Assembly (NCBI GenBank): GCA_016931955.1
Contig: JAFGDV010000016.1
Span: forward strand, 1-41,846
DNA length: 41,846 nt
From: Candidatus Altiarchaeota archaeon
Lineage (GTDB): Archaea; Altiarchaeota; Altiarchaeia; IMC4; QMZM01
Reading direction: 5' to 3'
Below the pieces are notes generated by a model that ran no database searches, was not told the DNA's origin, and saw only the letters and a program-made list of their open reading frames with translations. This document shows positions 1 to 8,361 of this stretch, piece after piece (the stretch's first letter is position 1; every line of letters starts with the position of its first letter). A program made the position numbers and the translations under genes.

Positions 1-20
1 TGAGCATCATCTAGGGTTTT

Positions 21-225
21 GATGAACCTTTTATGAAAAGGTTCCTACGAGTACGGACGCATAAGTGTGAGAACCTACGATTCTCCCCCTTTACCAACAT
101 AAGGGCACCTTATGCCCTTATCAACCCTAAGAATCTGCCTTCGGCAGATTCCCGTTTTCGCCAGCCTTTTCCTAAAAGGCTGTGATGCAACCTTTTATGT
201 AAAAGGTTCCTACGAGTACGGACGC
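21..225. repeat. Intergenic cluster of palindromic (REP-like) hairpins with a 25-bp direct repeat
   Basis: AAAAGGTTCCTACGAGTACGGACGC occurs at both 36-60 and 201-225. Perfect inverted repeats lie at 24-44, 99-121, 131-151, 162-182 and 189-208. Confidence 0.85.
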
Positions 226-306
226 GTGTTTATGTTTGTGTTGTAGGAAGTTATACGTATTCTATTCTTAAATTTCTCCTCTCATCTATTAACTAAGGTG
301 ATAATG

Positions 307-972
307 ATGGGTAACGTGATTATTCTGAATTTTAAGACCTATGAGGAGTCAACTGGAGATAAAGGATTAAAGCTGGCTAAGATCTGTGAGGAGGTTGCTG
401 AGGAGACTGGTGCAGAGATTATTGTGGCAGCGCAACTCTCCGACATATACCGAATCAGTCAGGTGGTGAAGATCCCAGTCTACGCGCAACACATAGACAA
501 CATAAAGTATGGGAGTAGCACTGGGCATGTTCTGGCGGAGGCGGCGAAGGCTGCCGGCGCAACCGGTTCATTGATAAATCACTCTGAACTCAGGTTGAAG
601 CTGGCAGACATTGAAGCCAATGTTGAGAAGTTGCTAGGTCTGAGTATGACTTCCGTCGTCTGCACGAACAACGTGAATACGACTAAGGCTGCCGCGGCTT
701 TGAAGCCAGATTATGTGGCGATTGAGCCACCCGAGTTAATAGGTAGCGGTATTTCAGTGTCTAAGGCGCAGCCTGATATCATATCTGGGAGCGTGGAAGC
801 CGCGAAGAAGGTTAATCCCCAAATTAGGGTATTATGCGGTGCGGGGATAAGCACTGGCGAAGACGTCCGGAAGGCTGTAGAACTGGGCGCCTGCGGCGTT
901 CTCCTAGCGTCTGGGGTGATTAAGGCGAAGGATCCCAGAGCGGTGTTGATGGATTTGGTTGAGGGGGTTTAG
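307..972 (+). CDS. tpiA: Triosephosphate isomerase, archaeal type
   Basis: Motifs ILNFKTY (Lys), INHSE (His), AIEPPELIG (Glu), CGAGI and LLASG. Start moved to ATG 307, behind a GGTGA Shine-Dalgarno (SD)-like site. Confidence 0.97.
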   Translation: MGNVIILNFKTYEESTGDKGLKLAKICEEVAEETGAEIIVAAQLSDIYRISQVVKIPVYAQHIDNIKYGSSTGHVLAEAAKAAGATGSLINHSELRLKLADIEANVEKLLGLSMTSVVCTNNVNTTKAAAALKPDYVAIEPPELIGSGISVSKAQPDIISGSVEAAKKVNPQIRVLCGAGISTGEDVRKAVELGACGVLLASGVIKAKDPRAVLMDLVEGV

Positions 973-2024
973 GTTATTCTATGGCTCCTGTAGTCTTCCA
1001 CGATTTTTTCGAGTGAGACTGCCGCCTTGGTCAGCTTGCTGATATCGTCCGCTGAGATGAAGTAGCAGCCGGAAACCTCCCTCAGGTATTCGATGCCTGT
1101 GACAAAGATGTTTCTACTGGCAAGGATACTGTGGTTTGCTTTTTCGGGGGTGAACGCAACCTTCACCTTATCTAGAAGATCAAGGTCCTTCTTCTTCAGC
1201 CTCCTCAAGACGACGGTGTAGCCGTTGTAGACTTCAGGGAATACGCCTATTGGTTTAACTTCGCCCTTAGACAGTTTCTTCCAGAGTCTGCTTAGTTCTT
1301 CCAAGTCCTCTAGACGGTTTCTCATATGTTGGAGAGAGGACTCCATGCTTTTGAGGGAGAAGTCTCTCCTCTTTATCTCATCCTCTCTTCTGAGCTCGAC
1401 CCTGTATGCCCGCTTAGTCGCTGAAATCTTCTTCAGTAGATCCCTGATTTCTCTGTCTCTCTCTTCAAGCTGCTTCCTTAGGGAAAGGTTCTGTTTCTCA
1501 AGTCTGCGGATTTGTTTCTCTTCTTCCGTAGGTTCTCTCTCCTCCCTAAGTGGGGGCTCTATAACAGCTTCTGGTTCCTCCTCTTGGAGCATCTTCTTGG
1601 CTTCGCTGGTTGAGTGACCCTGCAAGACCAGGTGTTTGACGTCGTCTCCAAGATTCATGGAATCGATCTTCTGAAGCCTGTTCTTGAACCGATTGAACGT
1701 GAATAGGGCTGCTGCCAGAGAATCCCTCTGATGGGCGTCGGATGTCTTATGGTTTCGTGTAAGATCGATTTTCTCAGATACGGAGAGTGATTCAGGTGGA
1801 GTATAGACTCTGGCTCCAAGCTGTGCCGCAAGCTTGGAGACGAAACCTGGGGCAGGGTTCACGTCGGTAGCTATCACGGACGACCTGCCTGATTTAACCA
1901 ATCTATGGATTATCTTGTCCATGCTGAGGTCTTTGGAGCTGAATAAGTCAACAGGTTCGCCTCTGAAATTCAACACCGCTACTCCTGTTGTTGTCCCCGG
2001 ATCAACGCCAACAATGAGATACAA
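969..2024 (-). CDS. DUF460-type RNase H-fold protein with coiled coil
   Basis: N-terminal IVGVDPGTTTGVAVL, IATDVNPAP and HQRDSLAAA motifs, followed by a long coiled-coil segment. Confidence 0.85.
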   Translation of the reverse strand: MYLIVGVDPGTTTGVAVLNFRGEPVDLFSSKDLSMDKIIHRLVKSGRSSVIATDVNPAPGFVSKLAAQLGARVYTPPESLSVSEKIDLTRNHKTSDAHQRDSLAAALFTFNRFKNRLQKIDSMNLGDDVKHLVLQGHSTSEAKKMLQEEEPEAVIEPPLREEREPTEEEKQIRRLEKQNLSLRKQLEERDREIRDLLKKISATKRAYRVELRREDEIKRRDFSLKSMESSLQHMRNRLEDLEELSRLWKKLSKGEVKPIGVFPEVYNGYTVVLRRLKKKDLDLLDKVKVAFTPEKANHSILASRNIFVTGIEYLREVSGCYFISADDISKLTKAAVSLEKIVEDYRSHRIT

Positions 2025-2035
2025 TTTAACCAGAT

Positions 2036-3397
2036 TCAGACGTTTAATTTAAGCTGCTCCTCCTTTATGGGATAGGATCCGTTCACGCATGCGAGACATA
2101 GATTCTCTGCAGGCAACCCTATGGCCTCAACCAGGCTGTCTATGGTGTTGTATGCTAGAGAGTCTGCGCCAATCTCTTTCCGGATGTCTTCGACCCCTTT
2201 TTTCTGGGCTATGAATTCCTCAGGTGTCTGCATGTCGATCCCATAATAGCAGGGGTTCTTTACCGGAGGACAGCTGACCCTCACATGGACTTCTGCGGCT
2301 CCGAAATCGCGGAGCAGGTTTATGATCCTCTTAACGGTTGTGCCCCTGACGATGGAGTCGTCCACTAAAACCAGCTTCTTGCCCTTTATTTCGCTCCTGA
2401 TGGGGTTCAGTTTTATTCTGACGCCGACGTCCCTCTCCGCCTGCTTCGGTAGTATGAAGGTTCTGCCAAAGTATCTATTCTTAATCAAGCCTTCACCGTA
2501 TAGGATACCAGAAGCCCTAGAGTAACCGATTGCTGCCGTAATCCCGGAATCTGGGACGGCGACGACCAGGTCGGCTTCGGCTGGAGCCTCCCTGGCAAGT
2601 ATCTCCCCGAGCTTCCTCCGGACCCCATAAACTGACACTCCATCGATGACTGAATCGGGTCGAGCGAAATAAACGTACTCGAACATGCAGTGGCATTTCC
2701 TCTCCTTCCGCGTCCTATAGGATTGGAGGGTGTCGCCTATTACGACGATTTCTCCAGCCCTGACGTCCCTCACCAGCTCGGCATTTACTGCGTCAAGTGC
2801 GCAACTCTCTGATGCGACATAAAAGGAATCATCTAACTTGCCCAGCACAAGGGGCTTGAATGCCCAGGGGTCGCGGACGGCGATGATGTTATCTCCTTTC
2901 AATATGACAAGTGAGTAAGAGCCTTTGAGCTGATTCACGGCCTGCTTCACGCCTTCAATGAAGTCCCCCAACCTGAGATGCTCCTGCGCAATCAGTTGAG
3001 CGATTATTTCCGTGTCTGAGGTGGTTATGAAGACGCTCCCCCTGGACTCCATCTGATGCTTCAGTTCCTCTGTATTCACAAGGTTCCCGTTGTGGGCGAG
3101 GGCGAAGCTGCCTTTGGCGTAGTTTATGACCAACGGCTGAGCGTTTTCTACGTCGGATGATCCGCTGGTGGAGTAGCGGACATGGCCTACGCCGGCGTTG
3201 CCCTCCAAGAAGACCCCCTTAAAGACTTCACAGACGAGGCCTTCGTCTCTGTGAAGGTTTATGCCGCTGTTGTAGGTCGCGATCCCAGCAGCCTCCTGGC
3301 CGCGGTGCTGCATAGAGTAGAGAGCGTAGTATATGGACTCAAAAACAGGTTTATCGGAGCGGACGCCGAAGACTGCACACTTTTCCCTACCAGCCAT
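2036..3397 (-). CDS. purF: Amidophosphoribosyltransferase (Fe-S type, short propeptide)
   Basis: Motifs EKCAVFG (Ntn nucleophile Cys), QHRGQE, GHVRYST and VDDSIVRGTT (PRPP loop), plus the Cys ligands CMFEY, CYYGID and CLAC. Confidence 0.98.
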   Translation of the reverse strand: MAGREKCAVFGVRSDKPVFESIYYALYSMQHRGQEAAGIATYNSGINLHRDEGLVCEVFKGVFLEGNAGVGHVRYSTSGSSDVENAQPLVINYAKGSFALAHNGNLVNTEELKHQMESRGSVFITTSDTEIIAQLIAQEHLRLGDFIEGVKQAVNQLKGSYSLVILKGDNIIAVRDPWAFKPLVLGKLDDSFYVASESCALDAVNAELVRDVRAGEIVVIGDTLQSYRTRKERKCHCMFEYVYFARPDSVIDGVSVYGVRRKLGEILAREAPAEADLVVAVPDSGITAAIGYSRASGILYGEGLIKNRYFGRTFILPKQAERDVGVRIKLNPIRSEIKGKKLVLVDDSIVRGTTVKRIINLLRDFGAAEVHVRVSCPPVKNPCYYGIDMQTPEEFIAQKKGVEDIRKEIGADSLAYNTIDSLVEAIGLPAENLCLACVNGSYPIKEEQLKLNV

Positions 3398-3432
3398 TAT
3401 GTTATTATTTGAGTTTCAAATTAAATAATTAA

Positions 3433-4590
3433 GTGATGAAAATGGAGCGCTTGGATTCTGGTGTGTGCATAGGAGGCTTCAAGGCTTACGGGGTCAGGGA
3501 AGGCAAATACGGTGTGGCATTCATCGTCTGCGATCAGGTGTGCGATGTGGCTGCCGTTTACACTAAGAGCAGCGTCAAGGGGGCGCATATCCTCGTAGAC
3601 GAAAAGAAACAGAGTAATGGATTGCAGGCAATCATCGTCAATTCCGGTAACGCGAACGCCTACGTCAAAGACGGGGTGCAGGATGCTGAAAGAATGTGCG
3701 AGATAGCAGCCAAAGAGCTGGGCATTAAGGCAGAACACGTCGGCGTGGCGTCCACTGGGATAACCGGAAGAAAACTGGATCTGGAGAAGATTGAAAAACT
3801 AGTTGGGAAAGCAGTATCCAAGCTGACGTATTCCGCTGAAGGAAGCAGAAAAGCAGCTGAAGCCATCATGACGACGGATACGAAAGTGAAGGAATTGTGC
3901 TTCGAACACAATGGCATAAGGGTTGGAAGCATAGCTAAAGGCGCTGGGATGATCGCCCCAGACCTGGCGACGATGCTCTGCTTTCTGACGACCAACGCAG
4001 ACCTGGACAGAGAAGAACTGCAGAAGGCCCTTGAAAGAAGCGTAGAAGACAGCTTCAACATGCTCGTAGTGGACGGAGACATGAGCCCAAACGATACCGT
4101 GCTTTTGATGAGCAACCGGAAGAAAAAATGCAGCCTAGAGGACTTCCAATACATACTGGATCACACAACCAAGGAGATGGCTAAGTTGATGGCATGGGAT
4201 GGGGAAGGGGCGACGAAGTTCCTGGAGGTCGAAGTCAAAGGGGCGAGGAGCAGAGAAGAAGCCAAGGCCGCTGCTAAAGCAGTGACCTCATCCCCTCTGG
4301 TCAAGACTGCATTCTACGGAGAAAACCCGAACTGGGGAAGGATAGTTGCCGCAGTAGGGTCAAGGATCGGATTCAGCCTAGAAAAAATAGACTTGTTCTT
4401 CGAGTCAGGAAAACAGAGGGGGCAAGTTGTTGAAGGAGGTGTGGGTGGAGACCTGGAGAAGGCTGCTGAAATCCTGAAAAACAAGGAGATAAAGGTGATA
4501 ATAGATTTGAACGAGGGCGACTGGAAAGCGACAGCTTGGGGCTGCGATCTAACTGAAGACTATGTGAAAATAAACGCGAGGTATAACTGA
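3433..4590 (+). CDS. argJ: Ornithine acetyltransferase / N-acetylglutamate synthase
   Basis: Motifs NSGNANA, ASTG, IMTTDT, KGAGMIAPDLATML (autocleavage Thr), DGEGATK and NWGRI. Confidence 0.97.
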   Translation: MMKMERLDSGVCIGGFKAYGVREGKYGVAFIVCDQVCDVAAVYTKSSVKGAHILVDEKKQSNGLQAIIVNSGNANAYVKDGVQDAERMCEIAAKELGIKAEHVGVASTGITGRKLDLEKIEKLVGKAVSKLTYSAEGSRKAAEAIMTTDTKVKELCFEHNGIRVGSIAKGAGMIAPDLATMLCFLTTNADLDREELQKALERSVEDSFNMLVVDGDMSPNDTVLLMSNRKKKCSLEDFQYILDHTTKEMAKLMAWDGEGATKFLEVEVKGARSREEAKAAAKAVTSSPLVKTAFYGENPNWGRIVAAVGSRIGFSLEKIDLFFESGKQRGQVVEGGVGGDLEKAAEILKNKEIKVIIDLNEGDWKATAWGCDLTEDYVKINARYN

Positions 4591-4591
4591 T

Positions 4592-5206
4592 ATGAGGATA
4601 CTGGGACAACACATCAGGTTCATTGATCTAATGATCATCGTAAACGTCTTCGTCTACATCATGGGGCTGGGAACATACAGTATCCCAGACAACTTCGGAT
4701 TGTGGCCAGCCATGGTATTCACAGAGCCCTGGCGGATGATAACAAGCATGTTCATACACGGAAGCTTCGGTCATCTCCTGATGAATATGCTAGCACTCTA
4801 CTTCTTCGGGATGTGGATGGAAAGGATAGTAAGCGAGAGAGAGGTGATAAATATCTACTTCATAGGAGGCATCGCAGGTTCACTCTTTTATGTCTTTTTC
4901 GCCTTTTTAACACCTTTCGCATCGATAGACACCATAGCCGTAGGTGCCTCAGGCGCCCTCTTCGCTGTAGGCGGGGCTCTGGCAGTCATGAAACCCAACA
5001 TACGGGTTCTTATATTCCCCTTCCCCGTACCATTACCCCTCTGGCAGGCAGAGATTGTGATATTCTTCCTCGTGTCGTTCTTCCCAAACGTTGCATGGGA
5101 GGGTCACCTAGGCGGATTGATCGCTGGTGCGATCTTGGGCTACTACTACAAGAAAAAAGTGATAAGGGTCCCGGAGATAGTGTACTTCACGACGAGACAC
5201 TATTAG
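4592..5206 (+). CDS. Rhomboid intramembrane serine protease
   Basis: Motifs PWR, HxxxxHxxxN, GASG (catalytic Ser) and GHLGG (catalytic His); multiple TM segments. Confidence 0.95.
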   Translation: MRILGQHIRFIDLMIIVNVFVYIMGLGTYSIPDNFGLWPAMVFTEPWRMITSMFIHGSFGHLLMNMLALYFFGMWMERIVSEREVINIYFIGGIAGSLFYVFFAFLTPFASIDTIAVGASGALFAVGGALAVMKPNIRVLIFPFPVPLPLWQAEIVIFFLVSFFPNVAWEGHLGGLIAGAILGYYYKKKVIRVPEIVYFTTRHY

Positions 5207-6982
5207 TCAGCTATTGAAGTACTCATTCCATGACCTGACCTGGACCTCCCTGTTCTTGACCTGTTCTACGGCGTTCGCCGCCGCTGACGCGCTAGCTAAA
5301 GTCGTTATGTAGGGAACGTTCAACTCAACAGCACTGCACCTTATCATGTATCCATCCCTCCTCTGCTTTCTACCAGCAGTCGGTGTATTGATTATCAAGC
5401 TGATGTGTTTATCCCGCATCAGGTCAAGAACATTCGGCCTACCCTCACTTATCTTAAGGATCTTCCTGTTCTTGACGCCGTTCTCAGCCAAGTAGTCGGC
5501 TGTGCCGGCAGTCGAGATGACCTCGAAACCAAGCTCTGAGAACTTTCTCGCGATCTTCAGGATCCCTGGTTTATCCTTCTTCCTGACGCTTATGAAGACT
5601 GTGCCACTTAGTGGCAGCTCATTTCCTGCAGCTAACTGGGCCTTATAATAGGCCATCGCGAAGTCACGGTCTATGCCCATAACCTCCCCAGTAGACTTCA
5701 TCTCAGGCGATAAGACCGGATCCACACCAGGAAGCTTAATGAACGGAAAAACCACTTCCTTAACAGCCACATGCTTTATCTTCTTCATCGGCTCCATGTC
5801 TTGGACGATGTCCTTTATCTTCATCCCAACCATGATCTTGGCCGCGATCTTCGCCAGGGATATGCCAACCGCCTTGCTCACGAAGGGAACAGTTCTGGAA
5901 GCCCGCGGATTAGCCTCAAGCGTGTACACCACACCATCCTTGATAGCGTACTGTATGTTAATCAAGCCCCTCGTATTTAATGCAATAGCAAGCTTCTTTG
6001 TATACTCTATAACCCTGTTCACGATCTCCTCCTTAAGGGTCTGTGGGGGAACAACGCAGGCTGAATCCCCTGAATGAATCCCCGCTTCTTCGATGTGCTC
6101 CATGATCGCCCCTATCAAGACAGTCTCTCCATCGCAGACAGCGTCGACGTCAAGCTCTATCGCATCCTGCAGGAACTTGTCAATGAGGATCGGGTGCTTC
6201 GGCGAAACCTTGACCGCCTCCTTCACATATTCTTCAAGCTCTATTTCGTCGTGGACTATCTCCATGGCCCTTCCACCAAGAACGTAACTAGGCCGAATGA
6301 GAACTGGGTAGCCGATTTTCGCGGCAATATCCTTCGCCTCCTTGAAGCTGCGACCCGTACCCCATTCAGCAGAAGGCATACCCAATTTAGCTAGGATTTT
6401 CCCGAAGAGGTCTCGGTTCTCTGCTAAGTCGATGTCCTCGGGCCTTGTACCCAAGATGTTCACCCCGTGCTCTTTCAGGAGCATTGCGAGGTTTATGGCA
6501 GTCTGGCCACCGAACTGAACCATCACACCCAACAGGTTCCTTGACTCCTCCTCCACGACATTCAACACGTCCTCGAGCGTCAGGGGTTCGAAGTATAGCT
6601 TATCCGATATGTCAAAATCGGTTGAGACCGTCTCCGGGTTGTTGTTTATCACTATGGTTTCAAACCCAGTCTCCCTCAAAGCGAACACTGCCTGAACCGT
6701 GCAGCAGTCGAATTCAATGCCCTGCCCTATCCGAATAGGTCCTGCGCCAAGGATTATGACCTTCTCCCTGTCAGATACCTCGACTTCATCCTCTTCCTCA
6801 TATGTCGAGTAATAGTATGGCGTCTCTGCATCGAATTCCGCAGCACAGGTGTCGACCATCTTGTAGGTGGGTTTTATCCCTGCTTTCTTCCTTGACTCTC
6901 TGACCTTGTCTTCATCCCCCAATTGCTTGTCGAGGAAACCCATCTGCTTCATTTCCCTGATCTTATCCTTATCCTCTTTCAT
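5207..6982 (-). CDS. carB: Carbamoyl-phosphate synthase large subunit, C-terminal half (split carB)
   Basis: Motifs KMVDTCAAEF, GPIRIGQGIEFD, NPETVSTD, HIEEAGIHSGD, NPRASRT, PEMKSTGEVM and an MGS domain. Only 591 aa with one ATP-grasp unit. Confidence 0.95.
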   Translation of the reverse strand: MKEDKDKIREMKQMGFLDKQLGDEDKVRESRKKAGIKPTYKMVDTCAAEFDAETPYYYSTYEEEDEVEVSDREKVIILGAGPIRIGQGIEFDCCTVQAVFALRETGFETIVINNNPETVSTDFDISDKLYFEPLTLEDVLNVVEEESRNLLGVMVQFGGQTAINLAMLLKEHGVNILGTRPEDIDLAENRDLFGKILAKLGMPSAEWGTGRSFKEAKDIAAKIGYPVLIRPSYVLGGRAMEIVHDEIELEEYVKEAVKVSPKHPILIDKFLQDAIELDVDAVCDGETVLIGAIMEHIEEAGIHSGDSACVVPPQTLKEEIVNRVIEYTKKLAIALNTRGLINIQYAIKDGVVYTLEANPRASRTVPFVSKAVGISLAKIAAKIMVGMKIKDIVQDMEPMKKIKHVAVKEVVFPFIKLPGVDPVLSPEMKSTGEVMGIDRDFAMAYYKAQLAAGNELPLSGTVFISVRKKDKPGILKIARKFSELGFEVISTAGTADYLAENGVKNRKILKISEGRPNVLDLMRDKHISLIINTPTAGRKQRRDGYMIRCSAVELNVPYITTLASASAAANAVEQVKNREVQVRSWNEYFNS

Positions 6983-7022
6983 CAGTATATATCTTTAGAT
7001 GTGTTCAATATATTTTGAGTAT

Positions 7023-7919
7023 ATGATGGACTTCAAGAAAACCAAGGAAAACGTGATGCTCTTCTGGGAGCTGCTGAGGATGAGGAACGGGTTAATAGCA
7101 TTCTTCGGCGTATTGGTTGGAGCCTCATTCATCTACACCGAAGGCACACCAATACATTGGGCTTCCGTTTTCATAGCAGGTTTCTCTGCCTTCCTGATAA
7201 CTGGCGCAGGAAACGCATTAAACGACTACTGTGATTCAGAGATAGACAGGATAAACAAACCGAATAGGCCCATACCCTCCGGCAGAATATCCCGCAGCGA
7301 TACACTGATGCTCTCAACAGTCTTATTCCTCTTAGGCCTTGGTTTCTCCAAGTCGATCAACGACCTCTGTCTAATGATAGCATTCCTGAACTCCATCATC
7401 CTAGTAGTCTATGGAATCTACTCAAAGAAGATGCTCTTAGTGTCAAATCTAGGGATAAGCTTCCTCGTATCCTCTCTGTTCGTGTTCGGCGTTGCGGCAA
7501 CAGTCCAAGAGGGGGAGAACATACTACAGAAATTTGGGGTTGAAGGAATAAGCCTCATCACAATCATAACAGCATGTGCCTTCCTCATAACCATGGCAAG
7601 GGAGGTAATAAAAGACATCGAGGATATAAAAGGGGACAAAGAAAAATACGCAGTAACCCTACCAATAAGCATAGGAGAAACCAGAACAAAAAAAATCGCC
7701 TCAGCTTTTACATTAATTGCGATACTATTAAGCCTACTACCATTTATCATACGAGTCGGGGCCTTCAACCTCTACGTCTACGGCTTCATCCTGTTAATCG
7801 CTGACCTGATATTCATCATCTCGCTCACCATGCACCCCTCCCTAAGCCAGAGGATGATGGTATTAGGCATGGGCTTCGCGCTATCCGCCTTCTTCCTAGC
7901 CAACATCTTAGCCCTATAG
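7023..7919 (+). CDS. UbiA-family prenyltransferase, probable digeranylgeranylglyceryl phosphate synthase
   Basis: Asp-rich motifs NDYCDSEIDRINKPNRPIPSG and REVIKDIEDIKGD; about 8-9 TM segments. Start taken at ATG 7023. Confidence 0.88.
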   Translation: MMDFKKTKENVMLFWELLRMRNGLIAFFGVLVGASFIYTEGTPIHWASVFIAGFSAFLITGAGNALNDYCDSEIDRINKPNRPIPSGRISRSDTLMLSTVLFLLGLGFSKSINDLCLMIAFLNSIILVVYGIYSKKMLLVSNLGISFLVSSLFVFGVAATVQEGENILQKFGVEGISLITIITACAFLITMAREVIKDIEDIKGDKEKYAVTLPISIGETRTKKIASAFTLIAILLSLLPFIIRVGAFNLYVYGFILLIADLIFIISLTMHPSLSQRMMVLGMGFALSAFFLANILAL

Positions 7920-7967
7920 TAGCACCAAATTTAATGAAGACATTCTAAATTATAACTCAACTAAAAC

Positions 7968-8065
7968 GCCCTCGTAGCTCAGGCACCCTTTTCTTTACGA
8001 AAGAAAAGCGTGCACGGAAAAGAAAAAGTTGGTATCCTAATGCCGACTAAAAAAGACAAAAACAA
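7968..8065 (+). pseudogene. Decayed tRNA-Thr duplicate (5' part) interrupted by a palindromic hairpin
   Basis: 7968-7982 is identical to the first 15 nt of the tRNA at 8078. It is followed by a hairpin (7983-8013) and then TTGGTATC...CGAC-A-run, matching the anticodon loop and intron of the intact gene. No T-arm or 3' acceptor strand. Confidence 0.6.
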
Positions 8066-8077
8066 AAATTTATACAT

Positions 8078-8169
8078 GCCCTCGTAGCTCAGCCTGGTGG
8101 AGCGCTTGCTTGGTATCAGAAAAGACGACAAAAAGCAAGAAGCCCCGGGTTCAAACCCCGGCGAGGGCT
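8078..8169 (+). tRNA. tRNA-Thr(GGT) with an 18-nt intron at the canonical 37/38 position (8116-8133)
   Basis: Acceptor GCCCTCG/CGAGGGC, D-stem GCTC/GAGC, anticodon stem CTTGC/GCAAG with TT-GGT-A, T-arm CCGGG-TTCAAAC-CCCGG. Discriminator T; no encoded CCA. Confidence 0.93.
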
Positions 8170-8206
8170 AAAGCACTTTCTTTTTTTCCTAAAAAGAAGG
8201 GTGTAT

Positions 8207-8256
8207 CAGCAAGACGCTTAGCGTCTTGTCTGAGTCGAAACTAAAAGTTTCGCTCA
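8207..8256. repeat. Twin bulged-hairpin element, copy 1
   Basis: CAG-CAAGACGC-TTA-GCGTCTTG-(T)-CTG overlapping TGAG-(T)-CGAAACT-AAA-AGTTTCG-CTCA. A homologous inverted copy lies at 41770-41821. Confidence 0.8.
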
Positions 8257-8276
8257 TCATCCCAGAGAAAAACGTT

Positions 8277-8352
8277 GAATTTGCCTTAGGCAAATTCTTT
8301 TTGATCAACCTTTTATAAAAAGGTTGTGAAGCAACCTTTTACGAAAAGGTTG
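8277..8352. repeat. Triple-hairpin palindromic module homologous to 131-208
   Basis: GAATTTGCC-TTA-GGCAAATTC, CAACCTTTT-ATA-AAAAGGTTG and CAACCTTTT-ACG-AAAAGGTTG. Confidence 0.85.
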
Positions 8353-8361
8353 GGGTTGAAA

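Noticed and set aside
21-225. Possible CRISPR array (25-bp direct repeat)
   Set aside because: There are only two repeats, separated by 140 bp of palindromic sequence, and no cas genes in the window.
8229-8242. CTGAGTCGAAAC resembling a hammerhead ribozyme core
   Set aside because: It lacks CUGANGA and a stem II between the core strands; the twin-hairpin element explains it better.
8326-8361. N-terminal extension of purC in the ORF track
   Set aside because: It runs through the palindromic repeat; the PurC-like sequence begins at ATG 8362.
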